Below, one piece after another: positions 49,707 to 58,998 of a stretch of 64,000 nucleotides of DNA; the first letter of the stretch is position 1, and each line of letters opens with the position of its first letter. A program made the translations under genes and the position numbers. A model generated the notes under the pieces. It did no database searches. It saw nothing but the letters and a program-made list of their open reading frames with translations, and was not told where the DNA came from. This DNA comes from Sedimentisphaerales bacterium (GTDB lineage Bacteria; Planctomycetota; Phycisphaerae; Sedimentisphaerales; SM23-30), in the NCBI GenBank assembly GCA_963663805.2, contig CAXXMR010000007.1, positions 1 through 64,000 on the forward strand, given 5' to 3'.

Positions 49707-50471
49707 CTATCCAATCCGCAATACCAGCCTGTCGTCAACACTATCATAATTCACCATAAACAACTCCACCGCCCTCGGCAGCGGGTCAACATTCACCGCC
49801 AGCGTTTCAAGCTCGCCTATATCACACTCACCACCACTCTCAACCATACCCCAACCGAACACATAGTCTCCGACCTCAAGCAGCTCACTCTCAAAAACTA
49901 TCTCGTCAGCATCAAAACCAAATTCGCCTTCCCCAAAATTACCTTTACCACAACCGCAAGACGCGCTGCCGCTGTAACCAAAATCACCCTTACCCATACC
50001 ATCAAGCCCCCATCCCCATTTCGCCGCCATATCAGGCCAAATAGCTATCTTGGCAACAGGTTCAATATCTTCCGAAAAATCATCACCCGCCGCCTGATAA
50101 ACCCATATCTCGTTGCCCAAAGCCAAATCAGCCGTCCGCAGCCATCTCAACTCCACTCGCGGCTCAATCCCAACAAAACCATTTAACTGTCCCGAATAAT
50201 CAATCCCCGCTTTGTCAGCCTCAACCGAAACAACCTCTATCGCCGCCGGATAATTCGCTTCACATCCCACCAGAATCATCCGCTGCTCAGCACAAACCGT
50301 AACGCCCGACAGACGACCATTTACGTATACCTGAAACAGCCGTTCCGACTCATCGCTCCGCCAACTAACCAAAGCCAAACCCGGCACACCAACCTCCGTG
50401 CCGTCTGCCAGACGGCTACCAGCAAACCGCATCACCCGAACCATATCAATATTGTCCGTCCGAAAACCCAT
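49707..50471 (-). CDS. Hypothetical phage protein with FN3-like strands and a Gly/aromatic repeat
   Basis: VSWRS..FQVYVNG; WGWGLDGMGKGDFGYSG...GKGNFGEGEFGFD. Confidence 0.65.
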   Translation of the reverse strand: MGFRTDNIDMVRVMRFAGSRLADGTEVGVPGLALVSWRSDESERLFQVYVNGRLSGVTVCAEQRMILVGCEANYPAAIEVVSVEADKAGIDYSGQLNGFVGIEPRVELRWLRTADLALGNEIWVYQAAGDDFSEDIEPVAKIAIWPDMAAKWGWGLDGMGKGDFGYSGSASCGCGKGNFGEGEFGFDADEIVFESELLEVGDYVFGWGMVESGGECDIGELETLAVNVDPLPRAVELFMVNYDSVDDRLVLRIG

Positions 50472-50475
50472 CTCG

Positions 50476-50844
50476 CTACCTTAATTGAGTATATGCAATT
50501 TCGTATTCATAATAAATCCGACCCGAGCAAGCCATCCCGCTCAATGGCGAAAAACCTTCCATGCAAACATCTCTATAAACCGTACCAAACTCATCCTTCA
50601 ATTCATAACACTGCCCGTTGATATAATCATTTATCGTATCTATCTTCGCCCGCATCTCCGCCACGGAATCCGCCGTCAAACAACCACGTTGATTCAATAC
50701 CCGCGACCGCCGCCCCAAATCAACCCGCATCACTCCGTCCAGTCCTGCAAAACCTCGCTCAACTTTCTCACGCTCCCAGGACATCGCCCTGAGCGTATGA
50801 CCACCACCCTCAAACAGAACCTTGCCATCGAACATGATTGCCAT
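50476..50844 (-). CDS. Small phage tail-associated protein
   Basis: 122 aa, beta-rich, ends YEIAYTQL; follows the adaptor-like gene. Confidence 0.55.
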   Translation of the reverse strand: MAIMFDGKVLFEGGGHTLRAMSWEREKVERGFAGLDGVMRVDLGRRSRVLNQRGCLTADSVAEMRAKIDTINDYINGQCYELKDEFGTVYRDVCMEGFSPLSGMACSGRIYYEYEIAYTQLR

Positions 50845-50846
50845 AA

Positions 50847-51494
50847 TTACACCCGTTTCATCCTTATCGAACCCCCGCTATTTTTGCGGTCAGCTATCGC
50901 GTCACTGTCATCATCAAGCTCCAGACAAACCTTTGTCCGAGATTGCTCATAAAGTTTTTGATAACGCAGAGACTTCTCCCAAAAACCTCGCCCGTCATCC
51001 TGACCACTGGCACAACCAGCCAATACCGCCGACAAAACCGCAAACACCGAAGATTGACGCAAGGCCCGCTTATTAAGAATCACGCCCGTCTCAGCCTCTT
51101 CTTCGCTAACCCCAAAATACTGTAGCAAACTATAAGCCGCCTCGTCAGCCTGGGCGTCATAGGTACTGATTCGATAATTCAACTCACTCCCCGTCGGCGG
51201 AGCCACAACTTCATCTTCATCAGAAACCCGCACCACCGAAACCGTCAACTCCGTCTCCGAATCAACCGAAACAATCTCATAACAGCCATCAATTACCCCC
51301 ATACCATCACTGACATACACCACCTGGCCAGCCTTAACCGCTCCACTCACAAACGAACCACTCGCCGACGTGAATACGGTATCCGCCAAAACACCGTCAG
51401 CTCCCTTGCATAATTGCTGGGCAGCATACCCGACTTCTCGAAACAAAACCGGCTCCCATTTCAGCAAATCAATGTCTTTAGAAAACCTTACCAT
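50847..51494 (-). CDS. Head-tail adaptor/head-completion-like protein
   Basis: First gene after the capsid; helical C-terminus (ALRQSSVFAVL...KSLRYQKLY...GGSIRMKRV) typical of gp15/gp6-type adaptors. Confidence 0.55.
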   Translation of the reverse strand: MVRFSKDIDLLKWEPVLFREVGYAAQQLCKGADGVLADTVFTSASGSFVSGAVKAGQVVYVSDGMGVIDGCYEIVSVDSETELTVSVVRVSDEDEVVAPPTGSELNYRISTYDAQADEAAYSLLQYFGVSEEEAETGVILNKRALRQSSVFAVLSAVLAGCASGQDDGRGFWEKSLRYQKLYEQSRTKVCLELDDDSDAIADRKNSGGSIRMKRV

Positions 51495-51914
51495 CGCTAA
51501 AAATCCTCTCACATCGACCTTAAAAGAAGTATTCACCAAAAATAGTTTGACCGGACGGGCCTTTCCCCTCAGCAAAACTCGCCCGCCCGGCCCTTTATGT
51601 CCCTGCTAACCCGCCGTCGCTAGACCACGAATACAGCCGTGAGCCTCCTCGTTACGCATCTCCAGCGTATACTCACCTATCAACTGACCACACTCATAAT
51701 CACCACTCGAAGCCAAAGGCTTAAAGTGAAAACTCCGACCCGCCAAAGGCAGAACACCCAGACGAGAACTATCCAGCAGCAGCACTGCATCCTGCGGAAC
51801 CCAACGCGAAACAATCACCCGGCATAGCCCGAAATCACTTTCATACAGACTCACCAAATCTGAATACTTCGTATCCGACGCCCCGAACCCGCGATTACTC
51901 GACATGAAACTGTT

Positions 51915-53504
51915 GTAACACTTTAGCCAAGTGAAGCAGAGAACTCCGCGAGTTTTGGCAATTTGCCGGTTTTGATGTATGTTCGCAGGGCTTTTTTGAT
52001 GGTAGCAACCGGGTTTAGGCCGCGTTGTTTCAGGGTAAAAAACACGCTCATCAGCACCGATTGCGTTCGGGCTCCACGGTCGCTGCGGTTGTTATAGCTG
52101 TTCTTTCGCATGATCACCGCGCCGCGAATGCTGCGTTCGCCAAAATTATTATCGAACGGCACCTCGCGATTGCTCAGAAAAGTGAACAGCTCATCATGAT
52201 GGCGTTTCAAACGCTTAATCAACCGCTGAGCTTCCTTGTTCGACCACTCATGCGCGATAATAAGATCCAAGCGTTTTTCGATTCGTTGGCAGCGCCGCTG
52301 GTAAACCGTCGCATCCAGTTCATCGATGCGTTTACGCAGGCGTATCGCGTCGCGAATTAATCGTTTGAGTTTTTTGGAGAACCTCGGCCAATCGCCGCTG
52401 TGGTCTTTGGCTTTCCAGACTCGCTCCAAATCACGCAGTAAGTGAACCAGGCACTTTTGTTTGGCGCATGACAATACATTGTAAGCATACCAGAAGTCAC
52501 TTACGAACACGCCGTTGAAACATTCTTTGATAAATTCCAAAACCACCGGCCCGGCCCGCGACTGCTCGACCGTAAAAATCGTGGCTTGATGGCTGGTAAA
52601 GCACCATAACCAATGCGTTTTACCGTTTACCCGCCAGCCGGTCTCATCGCCGTGCAGGACACCGGCTTTTTGAATGTCCTCGATTATTTCTTCGTACCAG
52701 GCCAGGAGTATATCCGCTAAACGATGCCACATCTGGACTAATCCGCCCGGCGACATCTTAAACCGGAGATGAAAATTAAACACCTCCAGGATCTGCGCTA
52801 TCGTATTGCCCAACGCAAAGTGGAGCCAGGCACACAAAACCACAATACCATTGCCAATAGATGATTTTGGCAGAGCATCGGTTACGATCGGCTCAACCGC
52901 CTTGCGACAGTTCGGACACCAGTCGCGATGAATAACATGCTTTACCGTCTCAACGCGAACATCTTCCGGGATGTCTTCGATGATTCGTTCACGTGTGCCG
53001 GAACATTTTTTCAGTTCGCCGCCGCAGTCCGGACAACATGAAGCGCGATGTTCTTCGGTACGGTCTATTTGGGTCGGCAGATTGCGGCGAGTACCTTGAT
53101 GCCCTTTTTTACGGCCAAACTTTTTGCCGCGTTTTTTATCTGTTTTGTTCGGCTTGACAAAAACCGGCTTCTGACCTGAGGGACACGAAGGATCAGCCGG
53201 ACTGCCGGCAACTAACGTACCTTGTGTTTTTTCCGCTGCCAGTTTCGACAGTCTCAGCAAAACAAAAACCACCGCCTCTCTGCCTTGCTCGTAAATAAGC
53301 TCAGCCTGCTCCGCAGTCAATTCCTGCTCTAAGGCCAGGTCGGCGATAGCCTGTTCAGCATTCGGCTTCATCATGCTGAAACTATAAACCATTACACGCA
53401 ATAGCGCAAATTACCCATCTTAACATTTTGAAGTTTTTTTGTCTTTTTTTTGCACAAGCCAACCCAAAAGCTATAGAATTTGCTTCACTTGGCTAAAATG
53501 TTAC
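51915..53504 (-). mobile_element. IS66-family insertion sequence, single-ORF (ISBst12-type), 1590 bp
   Basis: 24-bp terminal IRs gtaaca(c/t)tttagccaagtgaagca with one mismatch; 8-bp TSD aaactgtt at 51907-51914 and 53505-53512. Confidence 0.96.
51923..53401 (-). CDS. tnpC: IS66 transposase TnpC
   Basis: CPDCGG...CPNC zinc finger; LHGDETGW, VSD..AY, CLVHLLR and DNNFGERSIR motifs. Confidence 0.95.
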   Translation of the reverse strand: MRVMVYSFSMMKPNAEQAIADLALEQELTAEQAELIYEQGREAVVFVLLRLSKLAAEKTQGTLVAGSPADPSCPSGQKPVFVKPNKTDKKRGKKFGRKKGHQGTRRNLPTQIDRTEEHRASCCPDCGGELKKCSGTRERIIEDIPEDVRVETVKHVIHRDWCPNCRKAVEPIVTDALPKSSIGNGIVVLCAWLHFALGNTIAQILEVFNFHLRFKMSPGGLVQMWHRLADILLAWYEEIIEDIQKAGVLHGDETGWRVNGKTHWLWCFTSHQATIFTVEQSRAGPVVLEFIKECFNGVFVSDFWYAYNVLSCAKQKCLVHLLRDLERVWKAKDHSGDWPRFSKKLKRLIRDAIRLRKRIDELDATVYQRRCQRIEKRLDLIIAHEWSNKEAQRLIKRLKRHHDELFTFLSNREVPFDNNFGERSIRGAVIMRKNSYNNRSDRGARTQSVLMSVFFTLKQRGLNPVATIKKALRTYIKTGKLPKLAEFSASLG

Positions 53505-54403
53505 AAACTGTTAATCTGACGCTTCTGATAACCATTCACCAAAATTAAATCAACATTGCCGTTACTGTTCTCCCATATCTTCCGCAACGCGTAATTCAAC
53601 TGCGCCTCAGTCAAACTCGCCCCCGCCGGAAAACCATCGTCGCCCACCGCCATAGCGTTCGTGCCAATATGCTGCACAACACCTTTCAAAGTACGACGTA
53701 CCGTACCCGAACCTTCCGGACTAGCTGCAATCTGACCGCCGTTGATTACCGTATTCTCCAAATCACGCAGCAGCTCACGCAAACGCTCCTGCTTCTGGAA
53801 ATCCAGCTCATCCGCCAGACCCAGCTGACGAGCCGCCAAATCACTGCCCGAAACCTCAACCGCCGCTGTAAATATCTGAGTATAATTACCCAGGCGATTC
53901 CGATTGGTAAAACGAGCCGTAGGCTTGTCCGCGCCTTCTAACGCTGCGTTACCCAGAATGTTGATAACTTGGTTGTCAGCCAAATCCTCAGCCGTAGTGC
54001 CTGCGTAACCACGCACCACCGTCAGAGTATTGCTGCTCACACCCGTAACCAGCATCAACTCGCCACTGCCTTCAACTTGAATCTGATCACCAGTCCGAAA
54101 TCTGCCGCCGTTATCAACCACAAACTCCGTATCAGTCGAAGCGTCACTAAACGTCGAATCATTAACAGAGTCCTTGTTCGGCAGCAGACTATCCTCCAGC
54201 CACTCATGATGAGTACTAACCGCCGCCCGCAACGGATCACCCAAAGCATCCAGCAGCGGTGTCTCATACGGCGAGACAATACTAACCACATCCGCCACAT
54301 CCTCAACCAGCTCCGGCAAAGTACTTCCCGCTGAATATGTCGCCTTACCCGTAAAAGCCATATAATATCCCTTTCAAATGTTTTCTAAAAATTGCTATAC
54401 ACC

Positions 54404-54910
54404 CTAAACAATCATCCCCCGACGCAGCCGCATATACTCCTGTAAATCCTTACGACTGCGACTGTCGCCAGCCTTCTCTGCCAACCGCGACAATGCCGCC
54501 CGACCCGTCTCGGCACCTTGCCGAACACCAGCCGTCGGCCCCAAAACACCACTCAGACGAAAATCCTTCCCAAACAAACCCGGTCGCTCCGCCTTCAATT
54601 CCTCAATCACTTTTTCAACATCTTTCCCTTCTACGTCCGCCATACGCTGCCGAGCCAGCAGCCGACCAACTTCCATATCATTAACCTCAGCCTTAACCAG
54701 ACTCTCAACCAGTCCACTTTCACGCGACTGCTCATCCAGCCGCTCTTTCACCGTTGCGAATTCACGCTGAACATCCGAAAGCTCTTGGCTAAGCTTTTCA
54801 ACCTGCTGTTCCGCCGCCTGAGCCCGCTTGCGATACCGAATCGCTTCACCAACCGGCACCACCTGTCCATCATCCCAATCTTGTCGCTCTGCCTGCAACT
54901 TCTCTTCCAT
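54404..54910 (-). CDS. Capsid scaffolding protein
   Basis: Between portal and capsid; EAIRYRKRAQAAE coiled coil; ERPGLF...G low-complexity tail. Confidence 0.75.
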   Translation of the reverse strand: MEEKLQAERQDWDDGQVVPVGEAIRYRKRAQAAEQQVEKLSQELSDVQREFATVKERLDEQSRESGLVESLVKAEVNDMEVGRLLARQRMADVEGKDVEKVIEELKAERPGLFGKDFRLSGVLGPTAGVRQGAETGRAALSRLAEKAGDSRSRKDLQEYMRLRRGMIV

Positions 54911-54951
54911 CTCAATGGTCTCCCGACGCCCCTGCGTCTAATCTTGAAAAC

Positions 54952-56520
54952 TTATTCGCCTATCACCACACGCTTGGCGACAACATCCTCATCGTAACCC
55001 AGCTCCCGCAATATCTTGTCTTGAGGAATACCCAACTGCTGCTTAATGCTCGCCTCCTGTAGCTTCTCCAAGACATTCTCCGGCAACGGGCTCGGCCAGT
55101 TAATCTCAACCTCACGTTCTTTAGGCTCATTCGGGAAAACACCCGTTTTATCCAACGCCAAAAGTATCATCCGCGAAAGCTCCGCCAGACCCTGGCCATA
55201 ACAACGACGCTTACGCTCCGTCTTCGCCAAAACTCCCATCAGCGTCACCTTCAACGCCACCGCCGAAGTCAGATTACCTATCCGTCCCCGCAATATCCCC
55301 GCCGCCACAGATGCAACTCCGCTGGCCTTATCCATCGCCTCGCGAACCTGGCTGATATGAATATCTTCCGAAGGACTGCCCGCGTCCCCGCCAAATTCTT
55401 CGATGCTCGCTTCAGTATTCTCCGTACTCCACATCCGACCCGGTGCTACCGCTCGCTGCTCAAAACCTTCAATACCACGACCCAGATACATCTTGAAACT
55501 CTGAAACGTCACCCGACTGGCCCGGTCACTCATCCGCGTATTCAACTCATCCTGCAAAGGTATCAAAGGTTCAACGTCAGACTGTCCCTCATATCGCCCC
55601 GGCAGAGGCATGTTCTGGATATGCACCACCGGCACCACTCCCAGAGGATTAACCCCTTCGCTTACCAGATTGCCATCCTCATACCTCTGCCAGCATCCCG
55701 GCCCAATAACCTCAACATCATGACTATGTCGCTGACGACTCACCTGCCCACCTCTGCCGTTAATCGTCCGTACCCCGCCCGAACCATCATCCAGCTCATT
55801 GTGAACCTGCCACCAATGCTGAACATAATAATCTATCCGACGATAATCCTGCTCATTAAGAACAGGCAGACTCCGGGGTGCCTCGATAGCCTCCAGCATT
55901 ATATTACGAGCTCTTTCCAGAACTCCCGCGAAAGTATTAAGTCCCGCAACCCCGGAATCTAAACTGCCTGCCCCCTGCCCTCCGCCTTCCAGACGAACAA
56001 TAACATCCACAAACCCATAAACACTCCCCAGCAAAGCCAGCTCCTGCAAATATGCCGCCCCGCCGTTCGCCTCAAACACCGCCCGCAATATTTGGTTAAT
56101 CTGTTCCGCTCGCACCGCGTCCGCCGCCTTCGAACTTATCAACACTCCCTTGCCAAACAAAAAGTCAACCATCGTATCGACTCGCCAGGCAATATCATTT
56201 TCAACCACAACTTCCTTACGCTGTATCCCCTCAATCTGACGACCCGTAAGTGTCCCCCCATAAAAACTATGCTGCATCCCCGTTATCCTGCCCGGCAAAC
56301 CATACTCCTGAGACTGATAGTAAGGCCGAGAACTCTCGCTCGCACCCGACTCACCCAAAAGACCTAGCTCCCGCGCCTCATTGCGATAATAATTCCATAG
56401 CTTCTGATAATGCATCAGCATATCCCACGCCTGCTCATCAACCTGCCAAGCCACAAAACGCTCATCAAGCCCGCCGCCGACACCGTCACGCTCAAATATC
56501 GAAAAATCAAATGCCATCAT
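54952..56520 (-). CDS. Phage portal protein (SPP1 gp6-like)
   Basis: LWNYY, VVEN...VD..VDFLFG, NPLGVVPVVHIQN...GQSDVEPLIPLQDELN, SAVAL and INWPSPLP motifs. Confidence 0.9.
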   Translation of the reverse strand: MMAFDFSIFERDGVGGGLDERFVAWQVDEQAWDMLMHYQKLWNYYRNEARELGLLGESGASESSRPYYQSQEYGLPGRITGMQHSFYGGTLTGRQIEGIQRKEVVVENDIAWRVDTMVDFLFGKGVLISSKAADAVRAEQINQILRAVFEANGGAAYLQELALLGSVYGFVDVIVRLEGGGQGAGSLDSGVAGLNTFAGVLERARNIMLEAIEAPRSLPVLNEQDYRRIDYYVQHWWQVHNELDDGSGGVRTINGRGGQVSRQRHSHDVEVIGPGCWQRYEDGNLVSEGVNPLGVVPVVHIQNMPLPGRYEGQSDVEPLIPLQDELNTRMSDRASRVTFQSFKMYLGRGIEGFEQRAVAPGRMWSTENTEASIEEFGGDAGSPSEDIHISQVREAMDKASGVASVAAGILRGRIGNLTSAVALKVTLMGVLAKTERKRRCYGQGLAELSRMILLALDKTGVFPNEPKEREVEINWPSPLPENVLEKLQEASIKQQLGIPQDKILRELGYDEDVVAKRVVIGE

Positions 56521-56773
56521 TATTCCTCGCCACTATGCCATTCTTACCACCAGGACCATTATTAGTCCCTTCACCCTTACCCCCAAAATGCACATCCGCG
56601 CTTAAAAAAAATGCATATTCACCACCTCAACATCCCTAACCCTATACTCTGCCCAGACTTATTTTTTTGAAAAATTTTAAAATTTATCTGCACCACTCCA
56701 CCAATTTGCGCTGATAACTCCACACTTTTTCCGCATATACCCTTCCCCCAAAAATCAGCCTTGCCGTTGCCGT

Positions 56774-56900
56774 TTAAAATCCGCGAAATCCGTGTAATCC
56801 GCGGTTAAATATTGTCGTTGTCGTTGTTTTGAATTTTGTGTTTAGAATTTGTTTAGGATTTAGAATTTAGATCTTAGGGTTTCCAGTTTATCTGGCTTAG
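56774..56900 (+). repeat. 127-bp direct repeat, copy 1
   Basis: Matches 58707-58833 with 4 mismatches by manual alignment. Confidence 0.95.
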
Positions 56901-56994
56901 AATTTATAGTTTGCCCTCCGGCTCTGATTGAGTATACTCGAAGATTGAGGATCCGCCGTGGACCCTCTATGTTCAACTTTTACGGAGGCAGACA

Positions 56995-58569
56995 ATGCGA
57001 AACCTTACCTATAAATCAATCATCGTCCTGCTCTTGGCAGCGATTCTCCCCCTGACCTCACTAGCTGACGTCCGCCTGCCCGCGGTCATAGGCAGCAACA
57101 TGGTCCTCCAGCAGAAAACCGACGCTCCCCTCTGGGGCTGGGCCGATCCTGGCGAAAAAGTCTATGTCAAAGCCTCATGGCTCAGTCTGCTCGGCAACAA
57201 TAAAGCCAAAACCACCGCCGACCAAAACGGCAAATGGCAAATCTCCCTCAAAACCCCCAAAGCAGGCGGCCCTTATAAAATCATCATCAAAGGCGACAAC
57301 ACCATCGAATTGGACAATGTAATGACCGGCGAAGTATGGATTTGCTCCGGCCAATCAAACATGGCCTTTAGCCTCAGAAGTGCCAACAACGCCGAACAGG
57401 AAATCGCCGCCGCCAATTGCCCAAACATCAGGCTGATGCAAGTTACCCGACACGCCGTCGAATCACCGCAGGACGACTGCCAAGGCCAATGGAACACATG
57501 CACTCCAGAAACGGTCTCCGGTTTCAGTGCCGTTGCATATTTTTTCGGCCGCGAACTTTACCAGAACCTTAATATACCGATCGGCCTGATCCATACCAGT
57601 TGGGGCGGAACACGCTGCGAAGCCTGGACTTCAATCGAAGCCCTCCAATCCGAACCAGAAGCAAAACCCATCCTCGACCGCTACGCACAGGCCGTGATCG
57701 ATCTGCCCGAAGCAACCAAAAAATACGAAGCCGACTACGCCGAATGGAAGCAAAAAGCCGACAAACTCAAAGCCGAAGGCAAAAACCTGCCTCGCGCTCC
57801 CTACCCACCAATCGGCCCCAATCACCGGCATGGCCCCGCAAACCTCTACAACGGTATGATCGCCCCCCTGACCCCCTATGCCATCAAAGGAGCGATCTGG
57901 TACCAGGGCGAAGGAAATGCCGGCCGAGCCTACCAATACCGTACGATTTTCCCAAACATGATCAAAGACTGGCGCAGCAGATGGCACTGCGGTTCATTCC
58001 CATTCTACTTTGTCCAGATCGCACCTTATAGATACTCAACAGAATGCATCTGTGCCGAGCTACGCGAAGCCCAGATGATGACCCTCTCACTCGAAAACAC
58101 CGGCATGGCCGTAACCATGGACATCGGCAACCCCAAAGACATTCACCCCCGCAACAAACAGGACGTCGGAAAACGACTCGCCCTCTGGGCCCTCGCCCAG
58201 GATTACGGCCAGAATAAAATCACATATTCCGGACCAATCTATAAATCAATGAAAGTCGAAGCCGACAAAATCAGACTGTCCTTCGATTACGTAGACGGCG
58301 GACTAAAAGCAGGCCCCGATGGCTTAGCAAACTTTACCATTGCTGGCGCGGATAAAAAATTCGTCACCGCCCAGGCCATCATCGCCCCCGTCCTCAAAAC
58401 TGGCAAGGAAGACGCTCTAATAGTCTTCTCCGAAGATGTCCCCAACCCCGTAGCGGTACGCTACTGCTGGGATAACATCATGGAAGGAACTCTATTCAAC
58501 AAAGCCGACCTGCCCGCCTCATCATTCCGAACCGACGACTGGCCCGGCGTAACCGCTAACGAAAGATGA
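56995..58569 (+). CDS. Sialate O-acetylesterase family protein
   Basis: Signal peptide; GEVWICSGQSNM, WGGT, WYQGE and DIHP motifs. Confidence 0.93.
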   Translation: MRNLTYKSIIVLLLAAILPLTSLADVRLPAVIGSNMVLQQKTDAPLWGWADPGEKVYVKASWLSLLGNNKAKTTADQNGKWQISLKTPKAGGPYKIIIKGDNTIELDNVMTGEVWICSGQSNMAFSLRSANNAEQEIAAANCPNIRLMQVTRHAVESPQDDCQGQWNTCTPETVSGFSAVAYFFGRELYQNLNIPIGLIHTSWGGTRCEAWTSIEALQSEPEAKPILDRYAQAVIDLPEATKKYEADYAEWKQKADKLKAEGKNLPRAPYPPIGPNHRHGPANLYNGMIAPLTPYAIKGAIWYQGEGNAGRAYQYRTIFPNMIKDWRSRWHCGSFPFYFVQIAPYRYSTECICAELREAQMMTLSLENTGMAVTMDIGNPKDIHPRNKQDVGKRLALWALAQDYGQNKITYSGPIYKSMKVEADKIRLSFDYVDGGLKAGPDGLANFTIAGADKKFVTAQAIIAPVLKTGKEDALIVFSEDVPNPVAVRYCWDNIMEGTLFNKADLPASSFRTDDWPGVTANER

Positions 58570-58591
58570 CCATAACATTATCTGAAATTAC

Positions 58592-58632
58592 AGCCCTGAG
58601 GTTGAAATACAATCAACCCCAGGGCTTTTTTT
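58592..58632 (+). terminator. Intrinsic terminator
   Basis: agccctgaggttga...tcaaccccagggct stem followed by a T run. Confidence 0.8.
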
Positions 58633-58676
58633 AGTCTCTTACAAATGAAATTTTGCGCAAAATGGCAACAATTTAC

Positions 58677-58708
58677 CAGAGCCGCGTACGGAAGTAAGCG
58701 GTGCCGTT
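58677..58708 (+). repeat. REP-like interspersed element, copy 2
   Basis: cagagccgcgtacggaagtaagcggtgccgtt. Confidence 0.6.
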
Positions 58709-58833
58709 AAAATCCGAGTAATCCGTGTAATCCGCGGTTAAATATTGTCGTTGTTGTTGTTTTGAATTTTGTGTTTAGAATTTGTTTAGGATTTAGAATT
58801 TAGATCTTAGGGTTTCCAGTTTATCTGGGTTAG
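58707..58833 (+). repeat. 127-bp direct repeat, copy 2
   Basis: Matches 56774-56900. Confidence 0.95.
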
Positions 58834-58971
58834 GGTAACTCCAATAGCGTGATTTAGATTTTTGGTGGACGGAGTTTTATTTTTTTAAAGTAGTTATCGG
58901 CCCTGTGGTTTTGGCTGTTCCCAAAAAAAATATTCATGCGATTTGTTTGGTCGGGTCGATACAACTACCAT

Positions 58972-58998
58972 GCCTAACAAAGGCCTAACACCCGTTAG
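58972..58998. promoter_or_regulatory. Candidate LexA operator
   Basis: GCCTAACA twice at 11-bp spacing; palindrome CTAAC-accc-GTTAG at 58985-58998. Confidence 0.45.

Larger units (their letters stand above)
51606..54361 (-). pseudogene. Major capsid protein (SU10/DUF5309-like), split by IS66
   Basis: EDVADVVSIVSPYETP, HEWLEDSL, NYTQIF..AVEVSGS, LLRDLE, YESDFG and GEYTLEMRNE motifs; removing the IS plus one TSD rejoins QINS-F-MSSNR in frame (385 aa). Confidence 0.9.
43303..56520 (-). mobile_element. Phage-derived virion-structure module (defective prophage or GTA-like)
   Basis: Fourteen tightly packed co-oriented genes in the order portal - scaffold - capsid - adaptor - tail-like - lysis-like; no integrase, terminase or replication gene seen. 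Confidence 0.85.

Noticed and set aside
43303..56520. Complete inducible prophage, contractile injection system or encapsulin
   Set aside because: No integrase, terminase or replication genes and no att repeats found; no sheath or tube genes; a portal and scaffold argue against an encapsulin.
56774..58833. Composite transposon or attL/attR pair
   Set aside because: The repeats encode no transposase and no integrase or tRNA is adjacent; they are built from motifs also seen at 27712, so they look like a dispersed repeat family.
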